A stretch of DNA of 64,000 bases, from assembly GCA_048887225.1 (NCBI GenBank), contig JBHLJY010000002.1, positions 128,001 to 192,000 on the forward strand. The letters are read 5' to 3'. This document shows, in pieces, positions 40,477 to 50,664 of this stretch; within the stretch, counting starts at the first letter, position 1, and each line of letters begins with the position of its first letter. Both the position numbers and the translations under genes were made by a program. The notes beneath the pieces are model-generated. The model was not told the origin of the DNA. It searched no databases and saw nothing but the letters and a program-made list of their open reading frames with translations. This DNA comes from Candidatus Hodarchaeota archaeon (GTDB lineage: Archaea; Asgardarchaeota; Lokiarchaeia; Sigyniarchaeales; SOKP01).

Positions 40477-40941
40477 ATGAGCAATGAAAATAATTCTGAA
40501 AAGGAAAAGGAAAATATTATTACGAAAGGCTGGAACGATTTCGTTTCTGGACTAAAAGATGGATTTGAAAAATTTAAAACCAATCTAGAGGGCCAATCTC
40601 GTAAAAATGTTGAGAACTGGGAAAAAGCTAAAGGAAAAGTTGGAAATTTTTTCGAAAAAATGAATACTAATTGGGATATACAAGTCAAAGAATGGGAGGA
40701 GGGGATAAAAGAAATTCAAGAAAAAAATAAAGAACAGTGGGAAGCGAGAAAAGAGAGAATTAGAGAAGATTTTGAAAAATGGCAAGATAATATACGACAA
40801 GACTGGAAAGATGGAGTTAAATCATGGAATAGGGGGATGATAAAAGGAGCCTGGATATTCCTTATTGTTATGATTCCCATAATTATCGTTTTATTCGTTA
40901 TTGTTTATATATTTCGAATGTTAATGGAAGCTGTCCCGTAA
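40477..40941 (+). CDS. Amphipathic helical protein with C-terminal TM anchor
   Basis: Periodic W/F in a charged helix; hydrophobic C-terminal segment. Confidence 0.65.
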   Translation: MSNENNSEKEKENIITKGWNDFVSGLKDGFEKFKTNLEGQSRKNVENWEKAKGKVGNFFEKMNTNWDIQVKEWEEGIKEIQEKNKEQWEARKERIREDFEKWQDNIRQDWKDGVKSWNRGMIKGAWIFLIVMIPIIIVLFVIVYIFRMLMEAVP

Positions 40942-41061
40942 CTTACAAGCAATTTCTATCTCTTTTTCTTCTAAAATATTTATACCTTTGAATGAAAAAA
41001 TCTAAATTCTATTAATTTTTAATTCAATCATAATAAGTTTATTAACCGTGATGATTTCCTT

Positions 41062-41853
41062 TTGAGAGTATTTCCTTCAGATAATAAGAAAATCGTGATT
41101 AAAGTTTCAACAAATATGATTACGGATGGTGTTGATACTATTTATTTAGATAAAGTTCAAGCATTTGTAAAAGAAGTAGCAGAATTAATTAAGGACGGTA
41201 AATCCATAATAATTGTAAGTAGCGGAGCTATTGGTTGTGGGCTCGCAAAACTTGCTATTAAAACTCGCCCAAAAGAATATAAACTACTTCAAGCTTTAGC
41301 ATCTGTGGGTCAGATTCATCTAATGAGTATCTACCAAGAAGAATTTAATAAATATGGCTTAAATGTAGGCCAAATATTACTTACTGCTGATGATACTAAA
41401 GATTCTACTCGAAGAGCTTATGTAAGGAATACTCTAGAAGTTTTATTAGAAAAGGGGATTGTTCCAATAATTAATGAAAACGATTCTGTTGCAATAGAGG
41501 AAATAAGATATGGTGATAACGATACTCTTTCGGCTTTGGTGGCAATATTACTATTCGTTGATCTTTTAGTATTACTAACCGATGTTGAAGGTCTCTATGA
41601 TAAAAATCCTAAGATCCATTCTGACTGTAAATTAATAAAACAAGTAGATATTATCGATGAGGATTTAGAAAAATTAGCAGAAGATATTGATTGTGGAATC
41701 ACATTCGGTGGAATGACTTCGAAGATAAAAGCAATAAAAAAATTAACCAATATTGGAATTCCAGCCATAATCACGTCGTTTAGTAATAATAATATTTTAA
41801 AAAGACTCTTAAATGGAGAAGAGTTAGGGACTTATTTTATACCACATAAATAA
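41062..41853 (+). CDS. proB: Glutamate 5-kinase (no PUA domain)
   Basis: VSSGAI, PIINENDSV, GDNDTLSA, GGMTSK. Confidence 0.94.
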   Translation: MRVFPSDNKKIVIKVSTNMITDGVDTIYLDKVQAFVKEVAELIKDGKSIIIVSSGAIGCGLAKLAIKTRPKEYKLLQALASVGQIHLMSIYQEEFNKYGLNVGQILLTADDTKDSTRRAYVRNTLEVLLEKGIVPIINENDSVAIEEIRYGDNDTLSALVAILLFVDLLVLLTDVEGLYDKNPKIHSDCKLIKQVDIIDEDLEKLAEDIDCGITFGGMTSKIKAIKKLTNIGIPAIITSFSNNNILKRLLNGEELGTYFIPHK

Positions 41854-42127
41854 ATTTGAGTTTATTTAATTAATAATTAAAATCTTATATGGTGCTGAAA
41901 TAACAAATTCCTTCTTTTTGTTGAAATAATCAATTCAATGTTATCAGGTTTTTAACATTCAGAGAAAAAATTATAAGCCAGTAAATCTTACTAAGGCTAA
42001 GAAATTAATATTTTTTTAAGATAATTAATTATATCTACTTATATAATTATTTAATAATGAGAGAATTTTTATACTAATAATAGAATATAATCCATTTTTT
42101 TAGACTATTTAAAAAAGCAAATTTTTT

Positions 42128-45100
42128 ATGATATTTTATTTACCTTGGCTACCAGATTTTTCATATTTTGAGCATAAGATAAAAAGTCCATTTAATCTAG
42201 ATAAGGCTTTAGGTTTTTTAAAGCGAAAAATTAGTGATGATGAAATTTTTCAGTCAAATGAATATCTCTTCTGGATCCTTATCTTATTATCTCATATTGA
42301 TAAATTAGATTTAGTAGATGAAAAAGCAATTAAAAAATACATCTCAGGGTTAAAATATCACAAAGGTGGATATAAATTTTCAGACAAATTTGAGGAACCT
42401 GATATATGGAGTACTTTTTATTGTATAGCTAGCTTGAAATTATTAGAACTTGACGATCTTATAGAAGATGATAATATAGAATTCATTAAGAAATCTCAAA
42501 GTCTTGGATCTGGAGGTGATGGCGGATTCTTTCATTGCAGCGCTAGAAACTGTTATATTAAATGTGATAGAAAAACTTCAGTGAAATCTAGTTTTTTTGC
42601 GCTTTCAACTTTAAAATTATTAGAGAAATTAGATGAAATTGACAGAGAACAATTAATTAAGTACCTGAAGAAAAGTACTTTAAATAATATAGATTTAATT
42701 TATCAAATTTTAAGCCTAAAAATTTTAAACGCGATAGATAATAATATTTTGAAGAAAGAAATTCCAATTATTCTCTCATGGCAGAAATTAAGAAGTGGAT
42801 TTGCAATTGAAAGTAAAGTTCCTTCAATCGAAAATAATTTTTGGCCACTAATTTGTCTCGAGTTCTTAAAGAAATTAGATTTAATTGATTTTGGAGGAGT
42901 ACTAGGTTTTATAAGATCTATGGAAGAATTTAATGGTGGGTTCACAGAACAATATACCAGTCTTAGTCAAAATGTACCAAATATACGGAGTACTGCCCAA
43001 GCTCTTCTTTGTATACTTTTTGTTTGGAAAAGGCTTATTGAATTAATTGAAAATGAAATTCTTATCCAATTAAAAGACTCATCTGAAATCGACTTGACTC
43101 TTATCAGTGATAAATTTTCGATACCTGTGAAATTCGTAAAGGATATTGCAGATTGGATGATAACAAACAAATGGATTGATGGAAAAATATTTAATAGAGA
43201 AAAAAGATTTAACAGTTATTTTAATAGGCAGAATGCGATTACTCAAGAAATTATTAATGAAATTATAGGAATTTTCAAAAATAAGCCAGAACAAAAAAGA
43301 CTTAATTTAATTGAATTTAGCAAGAGTTTCGACTTTTCTAATGCATTAGAACGAGTTAAATTGGTGGTTAATGATTTAATTATTAATAAATTTTTAATAG
43401 GTAATATAACAACACAAAAAAGGGAAACTTTTCTTGATAATGTTTTAGTCCTTAGAGAATACATTCGTCTTAATAAGCCTATTACTACTTATGTTGAAAT
43501 AATGGATGAGAAAAAAAGGTTGGAAGATGCAAAAGATAATTTATTAAATTTACACACAAAATTAACCAATTTTTTACGAAAAAGCTCAGTTGAGTTAAAA
43601 ATACTTATTGATCAAGAAAAAATTTCTGATACAAAAAAGAAATTTCACGATAATTGTGAATACGTTGATACTCAAATTCAAAAATATGAGAAGTTAATAA
43701 ATCAAATTAATTCTGATCATATATTTATTAATTCTAAATTATTAAATCTCAAATTTGATAAATATTGGCCTTTCATTAACAGTTCTATAGAGAAATGCTT
43801 TTCAACATTTAAATCAGAAATAGATGAAAAAATCAAGAAAAAAGAAGAATTTATTACTGAACGGCTTGAAAAGGCTAGAAATCAAGAAGCAATAAAATCA
43901 GTAGAGAAAACTTTACATGATATTGAAATAGAATTAATTCAATATGGTGTTCAAATAAAGGATTTCTTCCAAAAGAATTATACAAATCACAAAAAAGCGC
44001 TTTCACAAATTAAAACCATATCAGATTATATTAAGAAATCAGATTCTTCATTAAGATCAAAAATTTCAAAGAAATCTAATATTATTAAATTCGATGAATT
44101 TAAAAAAGAACTCAATGAATTAAAAATCTTGTGGACGAAAAGACGTAAGGAATCAAAGAAAGTTATTCAATTTTATCAAAATATAATAAATAAACGAGAA
44201 GAATTAGAAAAATATATTGCTGATAACGTTTCCCTTCTTCAAAAATTTTCTGATGATGTAAATAAACAAATCACCAGTTTGATAAAAAAGAATGAAATAG
44301 AAGAAGCCTCCAATATTTTAAATAAAAGTATCAAGGAATTCACCGAAATGTCCTCAAATAAAAATGAAATTTTCTATGTGTCTGTAGATCAGATAAATCA
44401 AGAAATTTCTGAATTTCCAAAATTTTCTTCGGATATTAAAGCATTGTGGAATAAAAAATTAGAAGATCAGAAAAGTAAATGGGCTAATGTGACTTTAGCG
44501 TTAAAAAAAAACCTCTATTTAGGAAAGGAATCTGATAAAAAAGATGAATTGGAACAAGATTTAAAAGAGAATATCGGAGATATTAAAGATTTTGTTGAGA
44601 ATATAAAAAAAGTTACACATGAATTAATTAAAAAGAAATATATAACTGATGCTGAAAACAAAATCCGTGAAACTTATATAAAAATAACTAAAAAAATAGA
44701 TAATTACAATCAAAAATTTAAAGATTTTATTAAAACATCCACCACTGAATTTAAATCATTTAGAGAAACAGTAAAAGATTTGGTCGAAAATTGGGAAAAA
44801 GAAAAGATTAATTTAATCATACTTTTAAATAAAGCTAGAGACGAGTTGTTAAATGAGATAGAAAACACTACCTCAACTGAAAAAAAGGGAGAATTGCGTG
44901 AATTAATTAAAACTTATGTGTCTAATTTAGAAACCAATATAAATCAATTAAAATCGAGTTATAATCAATTTATTCAATCTGGAAAAAGGTTAAGCGAGTT
45001 TGAATCTAAACTGCAAGCTGAAATGTTTAAAGTAAGAGATTCTCTAAAATTAATTGATAATCAAATAAAAAATTTTATTAAAAAGGAATCTCGAATTTAT

Positions 45101-45868
45101 GAATCATTTCACGAAATAATTGAAGAAGAATTGGAATTATGGAATAATTCTAAATTATCAATAGAAAAAAATTTTGAAACAGTCATTAATCGGATTGAAG
45201 AAGATATATTCATTAATAAACTTCAATTCTTCGTCAAAGCATTCAAAGATAATAAAGTTAGCATTAATTATTTATCTAAAGTACTGAATATGAAGTTAGA
45301 ACCTTTAAAAATGAAATTAATTACTTTCATTTCAAATTCAAAGCTTAAAGGAAAATTAGATTCCAATGCTGATATGTTCATTTTAGAAGAAGAGCTTGTT
45401 CCTAAGGAATTTTCAGTTAAAGGAATAAAAGGCGAAGAGATAAAAGAAGAAATTGATCCTATCAAGCGAGATATTCTAAATTTACGCTATTTAATCGTTA
45501 TTCAAAATAAAATGGGTGCTTCAGTGTTTAATAGAAAATTAGGTGAATGGTATATGGATTCCGAACTTATTGGAGGATTTTTGACAGCTATACAAGATTT
45601 TAGTTCAGAAATAAAGCAAAAGAAAATTCCAATAAAGAGAATGGAATATAAAGATTTTGAAATTATTTTAGAACAGGGAAAGTATACTTTTGCCGCATTA
45701 TTTATTGACGGTGAAGAGACAGACTGGATCCGTAATAAATTACAGTTATTTGTAGAAGAATTTGAAAAAGTCCACGAAAAAAGCCTTAAACATTGGAGTG
45801 GTGAACTTGGGTCTTTTAGAGATTCTAGTTATTTGATTGATAAAGTCTTCGAATTATATCGTTTATGA
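42128..45868 (+). CDS. Large multidomain protein: prenyltransferase-like alpha/alpha barrel, PCI-like winged helices, coiled coil, C-terminal longin-like domain
   Basis: GGY/GGF repeats with PDIWSTFYCIASL; wH-like segments ending IDGKI, LIGNI, LKGKLD; C-terminal LRYLIVI...GASVF...LIGGFLTAIQDFSSEI. Confidence 0.65.
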   Translation: MIFYLPWLPDFSYFEHKIKSPFNLDKALGFLKRKISDDEIFQSNEYLFWILILLSHIDKLDLVDEKAIKKYISGLKYHKGGYKFSDKFEEPDIWSTFYCIASLKLLELDDLIEDDNIEFIKKSQSLGSGGDGGFFHCSARNCYIKCDRKTSVKSSFFALSTLKLLEKLDEIDREQLIKYLKKSTLNNIDLIYQILSLKILNAIDNNILKKEIPIILSWQKLRSGFAIESKVPSIENNFWPLICLEFLKKLDLIDFGGVLGFIRSMEEFNGGFTEQYTSLSQNVPNIRSTAQALLCILFVWKRLIELIENEILIQLKDSSEIDLTLISDKFSIPVKFVKDIADWMITNKWIDGKIFNREKRFNSYFNRQNAITQEIINEIIGIFKNKPEQKRLNLIEFSKSFDFSNALERVKLVVNDLIINKFLIGNITTQKRETFLDNVLVLREYIRLNKPITTYVEIMDEKKRLEDAKDNLLNLHTKLTNFLRKSSVELKILIDQEKISDTKKKFHDNCEYVDTQIQKYEKLINQINSDHIFINSKLLNLKFDKYWPFINSSIEKCFSTFKSEIDEKIKKKEEFITERLEKARNQEAIKSVEKTLHDIEIELIQYGVQIKDFFQKNYTNHKKALSQIKTISDYIKKSDSSLRSKISKKSNIIKFDEFKKELNELKILWTKRRKESKKVIQFYQNIINKREELEKYIADNVSLLQKFSDDVNKQITSLIKKNEIEEASNILNKSIKEFTEMSSNKNEIFYVSVDQINQEISEFPKFSSDIKALWNKKLEDQKSKWANVTLALKKNLYLGKESDKKDELEQDLKENIGDIKDFVENIKKVTHELIKKKYITDAENKIRETYIKITKKIDNYNQKFKDFIKTSTTEFKSFRETVKDLVENWEKEKINLIILLNKARDELLNEIENTTSTEKKGELRELIKTYVSNLETNINQLKSSYNQFIQSGKRLSEFESKLQAEMFKVRDSLKLIDNQIKNFIKKESRIYESFHEIIEEELELWNNSKLSIEKNFETVINRIEEDIFINKLQFFVKAFKDNKVSINYLSKVLNMKLEPLKMKLITFISNSKLKGKLDSNADMFILEEELVPKEFSVKGIKGEEIKEEIDPIKRDILNLRYLIVIQNKMGASVFNRKLGEWYMDSELIGGFLTAIQDFSSEIKQKKIPIKRMEYKDFEIILEQGKYTFAALFIDGEETDWIRNKLQLFVEEFEKVHEKSLKHWSGELGSFRDSSYLIDKVFELYRL

Positions 45869-46021
45869 GGTATCCAAATTTTTAATTATTGCTTCTGTAA
45901 GAAAAACCTCAAATAAAAGATAACAAATATGTTAGTCTTTTGAGATCTTAAACTTTCTTTTATAAAGCAAAAAGGATTTATGATATTTATTATAATTGTT
46001 CTTTAAGAAAATAAGAAAATT

Positions 46022-47290
46022 TTGTGGAATTTCATGACGATTCAGGATTTGATGAAAAAAATTGGAGAAAATGCTCGAAATGCCGCATTTTTTTTAAAAA
46101 ACGTTTCAACAACTTCAAAAAATAATGCTTTATTACGAATGGCTAATGATTTAGAAAAGCAATCAGAAAAAATAATCGAAGCTAATAAAAAAGACTTAGA
46201 ACACGCTAAAAAAATCGGATTAGAGCAAGTAAAATTAGACCGTCTTATCCTAAATTCTGATAAAATTCATAAGATCGCAGAAGGATTGAGGGAAGTTGCA
46301 GCTCAACCAGATCCAATTAATGAAATCGTATCTATGTGGAGAAGGCCAAATGGAATGGATGTAGGCTTGATTAAAGTTCCATTGGGCGTAATTGGCATTA
46401 TATATGAATCACGACCAAATGTTACTGCTGATGCAGCAGGACTATGTTTAAAAGCTGGTAATGCTATAATATTACGTGGAGGGAGTGAGGCAATAAATTC
46501 TAATCTTCTAATTGCGGATATTTTACACGGAGCAGCAGTTAAAGAAGGTCTTCCAGAAAATTGCATTCAAATTATAAGAGATACAAATAGGGAATATGTA
46601 GGGGAGATGTTGAAATTAAAAGATTACATTGATGTAATAATTCCAAGAGGCGGGGAATCCTTAATTCAGAGGGTAATTCAAAATTCAACTGTACCGACTA
46701 TAGAAACTGGCATCGGAGTAGTTAGTATTTTCGTAAATTACGATGCAGATTTTAAGATGGCTAAAAGATTAATTATTAATTCTAAATGTTCTTATCCCGT
46801 AGTATGTAATGCTTTAGATAAAATTCTCGTTCACGAGAAAATTCAAGAAAAATTTATTCCATTTATTGTTGACGCGTTAATTGAAAATGGAGTTGAAGTT
46901 CGGGGCTGTGAAACAACTCAAAAATTAGTAGCAAATGTCATTGCCGCAACTGAAAAAGATTGGAGTACAGAATACTTATCTTTAAAAGTGTGTATTCGAG
47001 TTGTTAAAGATATAGATGAAGCTATAGCCCTTATTACTAAATACGATTCAAAACACACAGAATCAATAATTACAGAGAATTACGATGAGGCAAGGAAATT
47101 TTTATATGAAATAGATGCCGCTGCTGTTTACGTGAATGCCGCCACGCGATTAACTGATGGAGGTGTCTTTGGCCTAGGCGCCGAGATTGGTATTTCAACA
47201 CAAAAGCTACATGCTAGGGGTCCTATGGGAGTTAATCAATTAACCACTACAAAATTTATCATTTACGGTAATGGACAAATTAGAGAATAA
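46022..47290 (+). CDS. proA: Gamma-glutamyl phosphate reductase
   Basis: VPLGVIGIIYESRPNVT, GAEIGISTQKLHARGPMG. Confidence 0.96.
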   Translation: MWNFMTIQDLMKKIGENARNAAFFLKNVSTTSKNNALLRMANDLEKQSEKIIEANKKDLEHAKKIGLEQVKLDRLILNSDKIHKIAEGLREVAAQPDPINEIVSMWRRPNGMDVGLIKVPLGVIGIIYESRPNVTADAAGLCLKAGNAIILRGGSEAINSNLLIADILHGAAVKEGLPENCIQIIRDTNREYVGEMLKLKDYIDVIIPRGGESLIQRVIQNSTVPTIETGIGVVSIFVNYDADFKMAKRLIINSKCSYPVVCNALDKILVHEKIQEKFIPFIVDALIENGVEVRGCETTQKLVANVIAATEKDWSTEYLSLKVCIRVVKDIDEAIALITKYDSKHTESIITENYDEARKFLYEIDAAAVYVNAATRLTDGGVFGLGAEIGISTQKLHARGPMGVNQLTTTKFIIYGNGQIRE

Positions 47291-47318
47291 AAAATATTTA
47301 ATATTAGGTTAAAATACT

Positions 47319-47978
47319 ATGCTTGAGATTTTTATTTTCTCTTTTTTAATTGCTCTAACAGGAGCTTTATCTCCCGGCCCTGTTTTAACATTTACAATTT
47401 ATAAATCTCTTAATACTGAAAGAGGCTATTTGGCTGGATTTTTTATTATATTAGGGCATGCTATATTAGAACTCGTGCTCATAACACTCCTCTTATTAGG
47501 AGCGTATTTATTTTTTCAAAATATAATAATCTTAACTGTAATAGGCGTTGTTGGAGGAATTTTTCTAGTGATATTTGGTTGTTTGGTCATAAGAGATGTT
47601 TATAAAGGGAAGTATGAAATTGATTTTTCGGTTTCCGAAGACGATATTAAAGGATTTAAAGGAAATAGTTTTCTAGGGGGTATCTATATAAGCTTATCGA
47701 ATCCTTTTTTTTTAATGTGGTGGGCAATAATCGGTTTGAGTTTTATGCTTAACTTTAATATTAATTTTGACAATCCAATAGGGCTTCTTCTCTTTTATCT
47801 TGGACATGAATTTGGTGATTTTGTATGGTATATTCCGATTTCTATTTTTGCTTATTATGGAGGGAAATCAATCAATTTAAAAGTATATAAATATGTATTG
47901 ATTGGATGTGGACTTTTTATGATTAGTTTTGGACTTTACTTAGCAATAAATATAATTGTCTTCCCTCCAAAACTTTGA
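47319..47978 (+). CDS. LysE-family exporter
   Basis: ALSPGP, GH...E, SLSNPFF. Confidence 0.85.
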   Translation: MLEIFIFSFLIALTGALSPGPVLTFTIYKSLNTERGYLAGFFIILGHAILELVLITLLLLGAYLFFQNIIILTVIGVVGGIFLVIFGCLVIRDVYKGKYEIDFSVSEDDIKGFKGNSFLGGIYISLSNPFFLMWWAIIGLSFMLNFNINFDNPIGLLLFYLGHEFGDFVWYIPISIFAYYGGKSINLKVYKYVLIGCGLFMISFGLYLAINIIVFPPKL

Positions 47979-48051
47979 ATGTAATGATCGGATTGAAGGC
48001 ACCTGATTTAGCTTTATGAATAACAATAAACTCTTAAATTTATCCCTTTAA

Positions 48052-49209
48052 TTATCTTTTTCTTTTTTTAAACTCATTGATTACTTCCATGTATTCCCTA
48101 ACGGAAATAATTTTTGGATTTCTCCGAAAACTTGGTGGAATTGAGGCATCACATCGAGAACAAAGAGGCGAAGCTTTTGTCCAATCTTTAAATTCATCTG
48201 CATGAGAGGGATGTCTACAATTCGGACATAAAACAATTCCACGCCTCTGGTCAGAAAGTTGAGGAAGTTGAAAACAAAAAATACACTTAAAATCCTCTAA
48301 TGAGAGGATTCCAGCTTTTGGTTTAAGTTTTTCAAAGCTTGCGCTTACTGCAGATCTTGGCCTACGAACAATTGCTCTTGTGATACTAGTTGTAGAGGGT
48401 TTACGGGCTGTTATTCTTGAAGTAGTTGTAGTGGTTGATCTCTGTGTAGTTGTTCTTGAACTACTCTTAGTGGTAGCTGGTCGAGGTGTTGATCTTACTG
48501 GAGTGAAAGTTACACTTTCTAATCGCCTTCTTCGGCGAGCTATATAATCCTGAGAAACTTCAGGGACGACACGAGCAGACCCAAATATTGCATGTCTAAC
48601 AAATAAATATATTAAAAAAATACTAAAGGATAAAAGAATTATATCTAATTCATAAAAATAAGCACGCTCAATAACAATAAAAAAGTAATTAAGAATAACA
48701 TTAAAGTAAATTATATAAGAAAGAATTCCAATTAAAATTAAAATCGTATAAAATATAACGAATTTACGAGCATTAATAGACCTAGTGCGTATAATATATA
48801 CAATATCAAATTTTTTATAACATGCTCGAAGTGTAAATATTCCATACAGTATATAAGGTAAAGCAAAAATAATTGTCCATGGGCTAACATATAAAAATGG
48901 AACGAAATCCTCCAAGAGGTTATCACCTCCCAATCCAGTGAAATAACCCCAAAAATTAAAAAATAAACCGACCCCTAAAGGACATAATAAAAAGAAGGAG
49001 GTATTTTTGGGGGAGTTATATTCCTTATATTCTTTTCTTTTTTGAATAACTTTTATAGTAAAAACAATCCAGAGTCCAACCAACAGCCAAGAGAAGAATG
49101 CATTCAGTGATTTTAAAAAAAATACTAAATCAATTATAGCAATAGCTGAAAAAATTAATAAAATTATAGCTGTATGCTTTTTAATCAACTTTTTTAAACC
49201 ACCGTGCAT
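48052..49209 (-). CDS. Polytopic membrane protein with C-terminal RING-like finger (putative membrane E3 ligase)
   Basis: ~6 TM segments, T/S/R-rich linker, CIFC...CPNC..H...W...CSRC; last gene of the Ubl-E1-E2-JAMM run. Confidence 0.72.
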   Translation of the reverse strand: MHGGLKKLIKKHTAIILLIFSAIAIIDLVFFLKSLNAFFSWLLVGLWIVFTIKVIQKRKEYKEYNSPKNTSFFLLCPLGVGLFFNFWGYFTGLGGDNLLEDFVPFLYVSPWTIIFALPYILYGIFTLRACYKKFDIVYIIRTRSINARKFVIFYTILILIGILSYIIYFNVILNYFFIVIERAYFYELDIILLSFSIFLIYLFVRHAIFGSARVVPEVSQDYIARRRRRLESVTFTPVRSTPRPATTKSSSRTTTQRSTTTTTSRITARKPSTTSITRAIVRRPRSAVSASFEKLKPKAGILSLEDFKCIFCFQLPQLSDQRRGIVLCPNCRHPSHADEFKDWTKASPLCSRCDASIPPSFRRNPKIISVREYMEVINEFKKRKR

Positions 49210-49245
49210 TTATTCATAAAAATTGAAGTTAAAACAGTTTTATGT

Positions 49246-50043
49246 TTAATCCTCGTCGTATTCAAGATATGCAGGTTTTCCTTCTATTATTGGATTCATG
49301 AATTCTAAAATCTCGGGTAGCATCTTTACGTCCAAAGCTCCTTCTATAGTATATGGGATACGAAACCATTTCTTAGTTTTCAAGTCTGCTCTAAAAATTT
49401 CAAAGCCTACAGATGTACCATCAATCTGGTAGGGATCTATTACAAGAGCAACAGCTTTGCTCCATAATTTTTGGTACCTTGATTGAGTTCCAATATCTTC
49501 TGGACTCATCCAAGTTCCATAAGAGGGGTGGGAATGATACCAACCACATATAAATAATTTTTTTTTTTTAATATCCTTAAAAGCTCTAACATAATTATTG
49601 TAATTCTTAATTTCTGCATTGATTGCACTCCCATGTCCCATAGGATACGCATCTTCTATGTGGAGCATAGGCCCGTAATTATATTCTTTTCCCGCGAGAA
49701 GTCCAATAACCTCAATCCATTGTTCTTTTGGAATCTTATGATGAGCATATTTTAAAGCATGACTAGCAATTTTAAGAATTGCTTTAACAGTGATGCTTAT
49801 AGTTTCCTTATCCTCCAATTCCGTTATTGATATAGCTTCAGTTATGGGATCTCTCGTAGATTCAATTGGAGGTGAAGTAGTTTTATTTTTAAGTCGTGTA
49901 GCAATCTCCTCTGTTAAATCATTTTCCTCAGATATTAATTCGTTAAAGATTTCTTCAAGAATTTCTCTTTTTAATTTTTCCTTGATTTTCTTTTTTAAAT
50001 CTTCTTTAATTGAATCTTCACTTGATTCGTCGTTATTGGTCAT
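49246..50043 (-). CDS. JAMM/MPN+ metallo-isopeptidase (Rpn11/CSN5-like)
   Basis: EVIGLL, GWYHSHP....MSPED..TQ, VIDP. Confidence 0.93.
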   Translation of the reverse strand: MTNNDESSEDSIKEDLKKKIKEKLKREILEEIFNELISEENDLTEEIATRLKNKTTSPPIESTRDPITEAISITELEDKETISITVKAILKIASHALKYAHHKIPKEQWIEVIGLLAGKEYNYGPMLHIEDAYPMGHGSAINAEIKNYNNYVRAFKDIKKKKLFICGWYHSHPSYGTWMSPEDIGTQSRYQKLWSKAVALVIDPYQIDGTSVGFEIFRADLKTKKWFRIPYTIEGALDVKMLPEILEFMNPIIEGKPAYLEYDED

Positions 50044-50062
50044 TTAGTAGTCCTCTTTTAAA

Positions 50063-50590
50063 TTACCATTTCTTATTAGCATATTTTTTGACTAAAAACT
50101 TTACTTTTTTTTCAAATTTTTTAGGATCTCCCATTGCCTCCAGCGCAGCTTTTTTATTAAACACATCAGTAGGATTAAAATATTTCCCTCGAGTATTTAA
50201 CATTGCTGTTATTGCCTGTATTACTGTTGTAATAGTTTTTGAAGGAGACCAACCACCCTTCTTTCCTACATAGTTCGGATCTACAAGAGCAAGACAAATA
50301 TTTCTTTGACCAGGGTATTCGTGAGGTTTTGCCCAAAAATTTGGATGCCATATTGCTGTATGTAAACGTACATAAGGAGGATGATGTGGATAATTAGGAG
50401 GATATTTAATCTCAAGTTTAAACAAACCACCTTGATAAACTGTACTTTTAGGACCTTTTAATGTAACTGCAACATGATCTATACTTTTTTTTTTAGGATC
50501 GAATGGTTTCAATTGCGTAATTACACCACTTTTTAACATTTTTTTCAGAGCTGCAAAATCTTGCGAAATTCTTGTGCTTCTCAGACTCAT
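50063..50590 (-). CDS. E2 ubiquitin-conjugating enzyme
   Basis: GP..TVYQGGLF, YP..PP, WHPN, ICL, WSP. Confidence 0.93.
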   Translation of the reverse strand: MSLRSTRISQDFAALKKMLKSGVITQLKPFDPKKKSIDHVAVTLKGPKSTVYQGGLFKLEIKYPPNYPHHPPYVRLHTAIWHPNFWAKPHEYPGQRNICLALVDPNYVGKKGGWSPSKTITTVIQAITAMLNTRGKYFNPTDVFNKKAALEAMGDPKKFEKKVKFLVKKYANKKW

Positions 50591-50664
50591 ACTATTCTCA
50601 TACTCTTAAAAATTTTCAATTATAATGTGACTATATTATAATAATAATCGTTTAAATTCTTAAT

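Noticed and set aside
47980-48010. ATGATC...CTGA as a box C/D small RNA
   Set aside because: Box C is imperfect and the span is too short for guide regions; at most a small hairpin between convergent genes
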